Below, piece after piece: positions 50,509 through 61,816 of a stretch of DNA of 64,000 bases; position 1 is the first letter of the stretch; every line of letters starts with the position of its first letter. The stretch spans positions 4,543,846 to 4,607,845 of the forward strand of contig MU056737.1 of NCBI GenBank assembly GCA_013239625.1, given 5' to 3'. Under the pieces are notes generated by a model that was not told the DNA's origin, searched no databases, and was given only the letters and a program-made list of their open reading frames with translations. The DNA comes from Lama guanicoe. Its lineage: Eukaryota. The translations under genes and the position numbers were made by a program.

Positions 50509-53421
50509 TGCACACACGGCCGGCGACTTCAGGGCGCGGATATTAGCAGGCGCACATCTAAGGGCTAAGTCGGCCCATGCTTTATGAAGGGTCAACCAGA
50601 GGAGGCCTTCCCGCTAGAAGAGTCCTGCAACGACACCACTGCTGTGCCACGTAACCGGGACACGTGGGTCCTCGGCTCACTCTCTGGGAAGAAGGCGCCG
50701 GTCCCTTCTCCAGAACACCAGCCCCGAGCCTCCCTCTCCACCGACTCTCCCCGTGTAAGAACGTTAGTTCTGTCTTTAAAGGGTGACCTCGGACTCTGAT
50801 GTTATTGAAACTATGACTCTGCACCCACCGTTCTGTCATCTCTAGGTCACTTAACTTCTACCCCAACTTACACAGAAACCTTTATAGAATGAATGGAATA
50901 TTTCCATCACATCTCCATAAAAGGAAGAAAGCATTGTATCAAGTTGCTCGGTCTTCCTCGTGGCCAGTGCTGAGAAGGGTGACGAGGTCTGTCTGCAGAC
51001 TCCCTGCGTCACAGAGTTAGCGAAGTGCGGAAGTTCGATGTCTTGAAGTGAAGCATTGAAGCAACAAGATACTATTCCCCAAATTGTTATTTTACATTTG
51101 AAACACTCAAAAAAACTTTTCAGACAGACTTTTAAACTTGGGTCTGTGGCAGCTCTAGAAAGGTCCCGACACGTCAATGAACTGATACCTGCTCCATCCG
51201 CGCACGTGAACCCCTGTACGTGGAACTATCCTTTCACCCTCCTTAACCCATGACTCAGCTAAATTTAGAGCTAAAACTCGTGAAACCCCCATCTCCACTA
51301 GCTGAGTGTGCCCCGCTCAGCCAAGCCAAAATAACACAGCAGCCCGGAGCCACCATGCTCTCACCAGGGGACGGTCCTCTTTGACGCTGCAAACCTCCAC
51401 ATCTAGTTAAGCAGCACCCCCAAAGGTCTTCTGCGCTGATTTCAAAATGCAGCTCACCAGAAAATCTTTACAACAGTCTCATTTCCAAATTTCCCTGCAT
51501 ATTTTTTAAGGAAAAGTTTTTTTTCCCCTGTACTTTCTCCCTTTTTTATTAGTCTGGATTGAAGAAAAGCACACATTTCATTTATTGTCTAGATTACAGA
51601 TTCTTATTAAACAAACCAGAGCTCATTATAAAATCAATACCAACTTAGCCACCGTGCCCCCAGGAGGGACAGCGTAAAGGTCACTCCAAGAAATTCAAAC
51701 AGTTTTCCTGCTGGAAGGGCATGATTTTAATTACAGATACTATTAATTAGAGCTGTCACGGGGAAGCTTTTTTTTCCTGTTAATTATCACAAACTCAGTT
51801 CTAAGTATGCATTTGCAACATGCACTTTTGTCAGAATGAGCCGTTTCTGCATTCAAGTCCAACCTTCCCTTTCTATCAATATTTTATATTCGAATTTCAA
51901 AGTGTATCAAAGGATGCTATGCTTTCTAAAAACCTACCCCCGTATGATCTCCCGTCTCTTGCACACGGAACAGAACTGGTGTGATAATTTATTTATGTCC
52001 TGGCACAGATGTGGCCCCGAAGACCCGGCATCCTGCACTGATGGTCCCTGCTCAATAGGATTTCTGGTTACTTTCTTACTAGTTTATGTGACATTTTTCC
52101 CAGGCTTCTTCTTCAAACGTGATTTTTCTTTTGCTTTGAAGCTAAGCTCACTCTGCGACTGAAATGCCATCTCCCACACATTTGAAGCTGCCGTTTCTTT
52201 ATAAGAAAAGATCATACTGGCCAGGCTTGTGACCTCCTCCAGAAAACTAGAGTTTTCTTCATTCAACACCATCACCAAGAATTTTGAAACAGGAAAAAAA
52301 ATGCTCTCTCCTGGTCTCTTTTAAGCAGAGCAATTTTATAAATATAGCCCAACTCCTTATGTGAGACACGGTCAGGGTGGCTCTCAGACAACTCCTGGAG
52401 GGCACCTCTCACCACACCTCGGGGGCAGGTTCTAGAAAGAGCTTGAGCCCCCCTCCCCCAGCGGTGTACTAGGATGACAGAATGATAATATTTAACTTAG
52501 ATGTGACTGTCAGACATGATGCATTATTTACATAACATATTCCACATCATAATCATGTGACTTGCGAAAACAAAGAATCTACTCCAATGGGAGAAAATCT
52601 TCTACAAAATATACTGACTGAACTTTAAAAATGGTGATTAATGTTCTTGGAGTTAAATTATATTTTAAGTTAAATCAGATGCCCTAACTTGGATATTTTC
52701 TAGGCTTGCACTGCTGTTACAACCAAAGGTATGTTTTCATTACAGAATGTTATTAACACTGAAGTGCTTGCTGCAGAACTTCCACACATTCTGCAATTTT
52801 TTTTAATGTCCAGTTTGGTCTGAACCTGCCTTCCTCCCACTCTCATTGGTGTCCAGCGTGTTTCCAGGTGCGTCTGGTCTCTCGAATCCCCAGGACACAG
52901 CTGCCCCCACTGCTCTCCTGAAGTCACCATTGGTTTACTTTTCATTTATCAGCGTTCTACTTCACTTATCCAAATACTAGTGAGGGCGGCAACAGAGCAG
53001 GTCGGAGGGTCTTTGCACAGAAGACCCGTGGAAGTCAGTGATTTCAGAGACATCTTCAAACATCTACACAGCCAATTTATCTTGCAACTCTGACTTTTTT
53101 AAAATTAATACTGGCCAAACTAAGGAAGACACAAGTAATACATAATTCATGTAGCGTACACTTCCCCCCACATTTCTAATTAGCAACTCGCTTTCACAGC
53201 TAACACGAGACTATCCAAGAACAGCATAAGATTAATATAAAGCAGGAAAACTGGCTGCCAGGTATTTACATGAATGCTAATGAGAAGTTTCATATCGTCA
53301 TCACAGAACCCAAACTAGGAATAAATGAACTGCTGGGGCCGGGGGAGGGGCCGGAGGGGAGTCCAACGTCTGCTCCAGGACAAGTGCACCTGAGGCAGCG
53401 CTGAGGAAAGGCACCTCTTAC

Positions 53422-53634
53422 CTGGTAGGCGCTGGGCGCATCCGGGCCCGGGCCACCCCCGAGTCCCGAGAGCTTCTCTTTCAGCCTGTGGTGAGAGCTG
53501 TGGCGCAGGCAGTAGAAGACGCTGGACGCCAGGAGGACCCCCACGACGGCCACGATGGAGACCAGGGTGAGCACGATGAACTTGGCGGAGTCGTCCTGCT
53601 CTGCCTGATGAGGCAGGAGCCTGAGTTTGCTTCT
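53422..53634 (-). CDS. PTPRN2: PTPRN2 internal coding exon (probably exon 13), transmembrane helix and membrane-proximal tail; 213 nt, phase 0-0
   Basis: Acceptor ctctcccgttccgcag|AGA AGC and donor TAC CAG|gtaaga. Translates [71 protein letters not shown], recognisably the phogrin TM region. Confidence 0.97.
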
Positions 53635-54790
53635 CTGCGGAACGGGAGAGGGGGCATGTGAGTACCCAGCGATTCAGGAGCTCCAGAAAACCATCCTTTG
53701 CAAACAGCAACCTAAGAAGTGAAGCTGCGCACAGCACAGCCCTGGGCGGGCACCAAAGCAGTGGCCGGAGGGCAGCCCAGACACGCAGCCCTGGGACCCG
53801 CCGCCAGAGTCCCTTCCAAGCAGCGCACCACAGACCGCCATGTTTTCAGAGGGCACGTTGAAGGCATCACTTTTCCCTCGCTTTATGGCTGCTGTTTCTC
53901 AAACTTAACAATATCCAGCACTGGGCAGCTAATTCACTGCCTTAAGGAAAACGGAGCGCTCGCCCCTTCCTCTTAGCAGGTGGGAGGGAAATAACACAGC
54001 AAGGTGCCCAGACCCAGCATGCAAACCAGCAAGCGGGCGGGAGGGGGGGTGCTGAATGGGTGCCAGAGCCGCTGTGGCTAAAAGCAGCAGCAGAAGTGGA
54101 ACGAGTCCAGCCCGGCTCGAGGTGTCTTGCTAATACTCTCGGTAACACTGCAGGGAGGTGCCCCCCTGGAAGGCCCTCGGTACAGTCCGCGGTACAGTCC
54201 GCGGACCTGAGCCGCTCTCCACGCGGGGCTGCCCCGCAGCCCAGACCCCCGCACGTCGCACCTCTGCACTTTCCCCCTGAAAGGAGCTGCGAGACGTGGG
54301 AGCACGATGGCCCGGGAGTTCACCTCTCGGATGCAGATGCGGATGCGGTGGGTAAGAGGTGAGGGAGCCCGTCCACCAGATTCTCAGGCTTCAGGGGGGT
54401 GGGGTGGGAAGGCCCTTTGGGCGGTTCACTAGTCTCCGTGTGCACGAAGTTGCAGAGCGCTCGCCCTCATTAGCTTGGTTATGAGGAATATTAGCAACAA
54501 TTAAAAACGCCAGGGGAAGACGGAAGCGACTCCGGCCAGCACAGCCCTCCACGACCGCTGGGGGGGGGGACGGAGGCGCGCGCCCCCGCCTCAGCCGGCG
54601 GCTACAAGATGAGCGCAATTAGCAGACTCCCTCCGCCGCCTAATTCCGCGTGGTGACAAAATGGACTTTTCCCCATGAATGCCTGGCCGGCCTATTCATT
54701 ATCTCTCTTCTATTGGTAATTTTCTGCTCCGTATTCAGCCTCCCAACTCTTCATTTCCTCCCGTCTCCGAGTGTACACAGGGCCTCTTAT

Positions 54791-54938
54791 NNNNNNNNNN
54801 NNNNNNNNNNNNNNNNNNNNNNNNNNNNNNNNNNNNNNNNNNNNNNNNNNNNNNNNNNNNNNNNNNNNNNNNNNNNNNNNNNNNNNNNNNNNNNNNNNNN
54901 NNNNNNNNNNNNNNNNNNNNNNNNNNNNNNNNNNNNNN
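54791..54938. other. Assembly gap at CpG-island edge
   Basis: N run. Confidence 0.99.
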
Positions 54939-54939
54939 C

Positions 54940-56230
54940 GGGTGAAATGAGAAAAGACGCCGGATTTTCTTGCCTGGATGCTCTGCTCCGTGAGGACGGC
55001 AGGTTCGCCAGCGGCGGGAGGGATACCCCCTCCCCTCGCCCCTTTCTCCTCGGCCCACACAGCCGCTTCCAGAAAGAAGTCACCCCAAAGGCTGCCGGCT
55101 CCCATCCCCGCTGCCCTGCTCCCCTCGGCACCCGGTCCCCGACCGCGCCGAGAGCCAAAGCCACAGAAATAAGCACGAGGGGCCGACCGAGGCCTCGGAG
55201 ACCCGCGCGGGCGGGGAGGGCGCCCGGCACCCCGCCTCCCTTCCCGGCTCCCGGGCCGTGCGGTGGTTCGCGCCCGTCCGCCCGCGGCGCGTTGAGGGCG
55301 AGCGCGCCCCTCTCCACGCCCTCGGGGCCGGGCGGGGGGCTGTCCAGACCCGCCCAGGACGCTCCCCTGTCCAGGCCGGCCGCCGCCCGGGTTCCCGTGC
55401 CGCCGGAGACCCCCATCCCCCTCAACTGTCCCCTCGGCTCCCGGAGAGAGGCCCAAATCCACACCCGGGCCCCGGAGCCGCTCCGAGCTTCGGCAGACCG
55501 AGCAGAGAGGACAACAAAGGAGGGGGCGCGGCCGACGGAGGGGGTGTCCTGCTGTCACCCCGCCCCGCCCGCCTGGCCGTCACCACATGCCCCCCCCCCG
55601 CCCGGGCGCGTCCCCGCGCCCCCACCTAGAGGGTCCCGCCCAGGCGTCGGGAGGACCCCGCGCGCCCACGTGGCTGACTGCGCCTGGGAACAGGGACTTC
55701 CCGAACCTTCCAGCCCGGCGACGTGAAGCGCACACGCATGCGGTGAGCAGCTTGGCTCCGAGGGAACGCAGTGTCTCGGTGTGTGGCAGACAGCTCCGTG
55801 CGCACCCGACAGGCGGCCGCACGCGCGCAGGGGACCAAGACTCGGAGCGAGGCCCCATCCGGCTGGGCGCGGGGTTCTGCCGCGCTGGGCACTCGCTGGC
55901 TCACCCGGCAAGGGACACAAACGCAGCCTGGTTGTCACTCGGTTCTAGGTGAGAGGCCGTGAACGCGCATGAGCCCCACGGAGGAGGCCGGTGGCGGTGC
56001 CTATACGTTACCCTGGCCCAGGTCTGAGGCGGCAGGAGAGACTCTGGCTGGGCGCTCACCTGAGGCCGCGCCGAAGCACTTCCCAGGGAGGCTGGATAGG
56101 TTAGGCGCAGCCGCCAGGCCGGCTGGGTCGTCGTTGCTGGAAACCGAGGGTCACTGTGACCCGTGATGCGCTCAGCCCGGGAGGGGAGCGGAACGGGGCC
56201 TGCCTGGCTGCCCCCAGCTGCGCGCTTGGA
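54940..56230. promoter_or_regulatory. Intragenic CpG island (boundaries approximate)
   Basis: Very high GC with dense CpG, CGCG and GCGC, plus GC-box-like CCCGCCCC sequences; judged by eye. Confidence 0.8.
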
Positions 56231-59039
56231 ATTTACTCGAGGTCAAAGAAAAATGTCAAGGAGAGCTACTGCCTGAAGATCCCGGGTCCCTCCTCCCTGG
56301 GCCAGCTCTGCCTCCTGGCAGCTGCCCCGCCCCTGCTAGGTCCCAGGTGCTCCTGGAGGGAAGAGGACGGGGCCCTATGCCCACTGAATTCCATTTTCTT
56401 TGGCTTCGTCAGCACTCCACTGCCCAGCAGAGAAGGTGTGACAGTGGTCCCTAGGCTGGGTGGGAGCCGCCCAGGCTTACCTCCCGCAGCCCACCCTCAA
56501 GGAGGCCCTCCTGGAGCTAGGGGAGAGTCCAGTGAGGCTGGGGACTGTGGGCACCGGGTCACCTCGGGGCCTGAACGGCAGGGACAGTTGGAAATGGCGG
56601 GGGAAAGAAGTGGTCTGATCGGGAGGGGAGAGAAATTGGGCAGAGAGGAATGGTGAGGGCTCTGACCACTCTGACGTTGAGGTCGCAGGGTCTTAGGGCC
56701 TGGCTGGGACCCCTCCCCCTACGCTGGCCCGCGGGCAAGCTCAGTTGGAAACCGAAAAGTCACTCTTCTCTGGGCTCCCCCTTCAGTGACTCCAGCGTCC
56801 TACCTAGTGCTGGCAGGAGGGTCAAGCGAGGAGGAAAACCTGTGGGCTGCAGGTCGGGTCTCAGGAATCCGGAAGAAACGACATTCACAGATAGTCTTCT
56901 TTTGTGTGTTTTTTTTTTAAGAGAGTGAACTCCCCTCCTTGGCATAGTGATTGAGTGTAAATAACTACGATTATTTTATGTTTCTATTTCATGGAGTTAA
57001 AAAAAATTACCTGAATACCCCTGCTAACCAGAAGCTTTAGAAGAAAGAAGTGTCTGCTTTTGCTTGAAAGCTAGTCATCCGCCGCCTTGCCCAGGAGTGA
57101 CCGGGGGCGCCTGCTCCCCAAGGCTGGGGGCAGGAACTACAGGTGCTTTCCTGAGGTCTCGTTCTGGGGCTGAGCCCTGCAGAGAGCCCTTGACTAATCA
57201 GAGGCATCCTGTCAGTCTTGACTGGAAATTGAAAGAAAATAATGTTTAAATATTTATGACTTTGACATTTACAGTCAGGCGTCTTTCAAAAGCGGAACGC
57301 CTCCTCTGTACAGCGGTGGCTCGCCTCACGGAAAGTTTGGAGCAGGGGAGGAGTGAGGGGGAAGACCGAGGAGGCAGCAGCGACTCTGAGCAGCCTGGTC
57401 ACAGAGGAGCTCAGGGTGTCTGTGCACCCCAGGATGCAGGAGGCTCACATACAAGCACTTAATGCTGACTTGCAGGAAAAGTGTGATTTCAAAAATGATT
57501 AGGAATAGTTAAGTCAACTTTATATCAGATTAGATGTATCTTGAGAGTAAAGTACAATATTGCATATTTCTTCCACTCAACCACCTCCACCTGCAGCTTC
57601 TTGAATTTATAATATAATGTATTGCAGAAGCTGTGATTGGAAATACTCGTGTGACCACAGAGACAATCAGTGGAATTGCTCATAGAATCTAGGCATTGCC
57701 CTGACCTATTTAAACTACTTTGATTTGTACTTATATGTGAAGGTGCTTGAGGCTTCCTCTACATTATCTTCTGAGCCATTTATGGCAAAATATCTTCAAA
57801 AAATTTTTTTAAACGGTCCATGTGGTAAGCTTAAAATAAAAGAAGAAAGAAGAAAAAAAGAACATTCTATACCCAAACTTGTCTGTGAGAACGGAGGCAG
57901 CCACACAGATACAAAACTTTATGGTAAAAATATCTGTTGACAGGTAGGAAAATTTAGTATTTTCCCAGGGCTGTGCAGTGAAGCCAATTAGCAAGAGCAA
58001 TGCGTCATCTAAGTCACTGACTTCAATTTAAAATACACTTGTACCAAAAACCTATAGGCACAGGCATGCACCTTCACTGATATTAAACTTCCAAGATCAG
58101 TGTTTTCACTTGTATCATTTCTAATGAATGTGATTTGCAAACCAAGGCTCAGCCTGTGTTCCTCTGCACTTCTATGTTACTATAATTATAAAGCCCTCTT
58201 TCCCTGTAAAATTCAGAAATTAATTTTAGAGACTACTAGTGAGTTGCTAAAACAAATCTGTCTTTGGTTTTCCAGATAAATCATCTTGGAATCACTTGGA
58301 AATTTCATGCTAAGTTTACTAAAATATATTTACTAAAACGTAGTTAACTATCACTGTAAAGCTGATCAAAAATATTAACAGCTTTGGGGCCATAGGAATG
58401 ATCAGACTTTAAAAATATGAAGGGGGGGTCTTAAAATATTTTAAAAGTATTTTTTAAAGCTGTTAACTGGACTATTTTTAATTTGGAACTCGCCACAGAA
58501 TTCTAATAAATGAGAGAAGTCAGGCGGAAATAATCATGTATTAATTCTCTGCATTACAAAATCTTTTCAGAAGCTATTATCAGAGCAAGAGGCATTGCAG
58601 TCTGAATTCAGGGTGGGAGAAATCCTTTGTGCGACTGAAGGCTATTGTTCGTCTGTGCAGATGAAATTGTACTTGCAAATCTGCCATTCAAGTAGCCAAA
58701 AAAAAAAAAGCCTATATGAGCAAAAGAAAGCAATCTCCAAGAAATAATTATTCTTAAATATAAACTTTAATGAAGATAAGTGGGGATATGGTGTTTTAAA
58801 AGAGGTTATTTGTGAAGCCTTTTCCTGGCATAGGCATAAAAGTAGGTGCACAAAAGGTTATACACTGTTTGCATCTTTAAGCACTCCTAGAACATCACTT
58901 TTGGGGAAATACTCTGTTTTAAGGTATCAGGGAAGATTTACGATATTTATGTTTAAAGTGGGAAAGGCACCCCCGTGTGCACTAATTTTCAGCAGAGCCT
59001 GATAAACAGAAAATCGTCTCCGGGAGGAGAGTGAGCGAC

Positions 59040-59800
59040 TCTGAGAACACAGCGAAGTGGCTCGCCCCCAGCAGAAAGCCGGCTCCAGCCATCTTTCAGA
59101 CTCACTGCCGGCATTTTTATGGCTCCCAAACTCAAACTCGGCCAATAAACTTGAAGCGCCGCTCCGGGCCCGCGCGGCTGGTGCACGTCCGCCCCGAGGC
59201 CGCCAGGACCCCGGCGCGCGCCCCCAGGGCCAGCGCGGCCTGAGTAGCCAGTGCTCTGGAGGGAGTTTCCCCTCCGCAGGAACCAGGCCCTTCTCAGGAC
59301 TGGGGTCTGGCTCGCTCTCCTTCACGGAAGCTCAGAAGGCGCATCCTAAAGGCTCGTCCAGCGGCGCGGGTCAGGACCCCGCGGCGGCGCCACTGGGACC
59401 GTGGGTCGGGGCGCACGACCGTTTTCGGCCCCTCCCCGCCCTGCAGGCCCGGGCTTTTCTCCCAGCTCCTGCCCAGTCCCCCCCCCCCCTTTCTTATTTA
59501 CAAGATCCGCACGGAGGTCGGAAAGATCAGACCGCAGCGCCGGACACAAAGGGTCGAGGTTTCCTGGGAGCCGCCGGCATTCACAGCACTGAGGGGGTCC
59601 CCAAGCAGCCCCAGCCCGCTTCCCGCAGGGACAATGCCTCGTCCCAGTCTCCCCCGCCATAAAGCGCGCTGGCCGCGGGGCACGGATCGAGGTCCCCAAC
59701 GACGCCGTCGAGCACCCCAGGATCCGGGGAGCTGCTCAGGCCCCCTGCCTCACCTCGTCACCCCTCTCGGTAGCCAAGTGGGGTGTACTTGGCTGCGTGG
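59040..59800. promoter_or_regulatory. Intragenic CpG island (boundaries approximate)
   Basis: Dense CpG that begins abruptly after an AT-rich block. Confidence 0.75.
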
Positions 59801-61609
59801 GGGCTCTTCCTCCCGAGTTGGCAAAAAGAAATGAGCGTCTGTCTCCCGCCTGCATGCACACCTTCACCTCCCCGCACTTTTGCTCTTGCCTACATTCAGA
59901 GAAGGCCGCCTTGGCGAAGGCCACTTGGGCCTGCTGCACCCTTGACGCAGGCGGGGAGGCTCCTCAGTGCCGACCAGGGGCCACTGTCTGCGGACTTAGC
60001 TGGGCAAATGAACCCCAGAGCCCGAAGATGCGCTGGAGCAGAGGTCGGCCTGGGACGCAGGGAGGTGGGCAGGAGCAGGGCCATGCGCGGTGCTTCTGGC
60101 CACCCTCTGGCTGTGCGTTTAGGGGTGCAGTGGGCACTGGCGACTGTGACACAACCCCCCCCCAGCCGTCCAGCTGGGAGCGCAGCGAGCTCTAGCACTG
60201 ATGACACAAAAGGGCGGGAGTCTCTCTCCAGCTCTAAAAGGCCTGTTCTGCTGAGATTTCAACCCCTAACTTGGGGTCTGCCCGACTGTCCCCAACGAGG
60301 CCTCTCAAAATCCTCCAAGCAGGTCACAGTTCAAAACCATATAGACAATTAATGAAGGAAGGAAAGAAGTCCCACCTTCAAACAGCTCTGCAGCAGAAGT
60401 TTCTCTGGCGAACACGCGGCACTGCAGGCTGGGGGGTGGGGGTCAGAGGACCCTGCACTCTCACACACAGCCCCCCCCCTGCCTCTCACACTGTCCTCCC
60501 TGGTGCCCATCCAGTGTCCTCTAACTGGGACACCCTGACAGTAGCGAGGCATGCTCCCGGATCAGAGTGAGGTGGGCGAAGAGAGCCCTAAAACGGGCTG
60601 GGAGGAAAATGGCCCCAAGATGGGTTCTCTCCACCCTTGCTGGTCATCCTGTCCTTCGTCTTCTCCCACAACCCTCCCCATCTGTGCCCTCACCCCCCCC
60701 GCCCCCTCTCTCTTGACAGTCTGAACTGCCCGGAGTGGCTGGCGATGCGACAGGCTCAGGGCTAAGTCCGAGAGGCAGCGGCCCCAGCCTCGCCACAGCA
60801 GTCTCCGCGGGGCGCTAGGGGGTGGGACAATTGCTACCCCCTCTCAATCTTTGCGCCCAGGAAGAGCTGCCACCAATCGGGTCACTTGGGGATGTCCACC
60901 CCTGGCCTACTTGGGGGATGACCTCCTACGCAGACCTCCCCAGCCATACAGAGCCTTTGACAGGCATCCTGCTGCGAGCCAGAGTTAGCCCCTGGACTGG
61001 GCTCTCCGACGCCCTGGTCGCCCATCCGAGTTCCCCCAGGCGTACCCTCCGCCCTTCCCAGGCTCCAGTTCCGCGCCCCATCGCCTACATGCGCTGGTTG
61101 ATGCCCTCAGTGGGTCGGTCCCTCTTGATCCCTCCCGCCCCCAACCCAGCCCGTGTCCATTCTCCTACAACCCCACCAGTGCCCACGACCCCGGCCGGCG
61201 CCCCTGGTTACCTGCAGCGGGGCGAGCGCCGGGCACCCAAGCCGGAGGAGAGGGGGACGTGTGAGGGGCGGAGCGGCCTCGGGGCTCGGCGGCCGCGGGC
61301 AGCAGCGGCGCCATCACCACCGCCAGCCGTTCCCCTGCGCCGGAGCCACAGACGAGCGGGGCCATCCTGCTTCTGACCACAAACTTCTCGGGCAGCCGGC
61401 GGAGACAAAGGTGCCGCGCGCCGCGCGCCGCGGCTCCACTGGCCGTGGCGGCGGCGGCACCATCTCCGAGCCCGCGGGAGCCGGCAGCTCTGTTCTGCCG
61501 CTCTGCAGGGCTCTGTGCGCTCCGCCCGGGCCCGGCCTGGGGCAAGGCGCTCGGGTCAGGGCGCGGCGAGGACGGGCGCGGGACGGTCCCCGCAGGGCCA
61601 CCGGCCGCG

Positions 61610-61816
61610 NNNNNNNNNNNNNNNNNNNNNNNNNNNNNNNNNNNNNNNNNNNNNNNNNNNNNNNNNNNNNNNNNNNNNNNNNNNNNNNNNNNNNNNNNNN
61701 NNNNNNNNNNNNNNNNNNNNNNNNNNNNNNNNNNNNNNNNNNNNNNNNNNNNNNNNNNNNNNNNNNNNNNNNNNNNNNNNNNNNNNNNNNNNNNNNNNNN
61801 NNNNNNNNNNNNNNNN
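61610..61816. other. Assembly gap within CpG island
   Basis: N run. Confidence 0.99.

Larger units (their letters stand above)
32523..53421 (-). other. PTPRN2: PTPRN2 intron, 20,899 nt (GT-AG)
   Basis: Bounded by the donor and acceptor of the flanking exons, which join in frame (AYQ|ELC). Confidence 0.93.

Noticed and set aside
50851-51177. AT-richer 108-aa ORF as a pseudogene or viral insert
   Set aside because: No recognisable protein similarity, poly-A tail or TSD; it cannot be supported without a database search.
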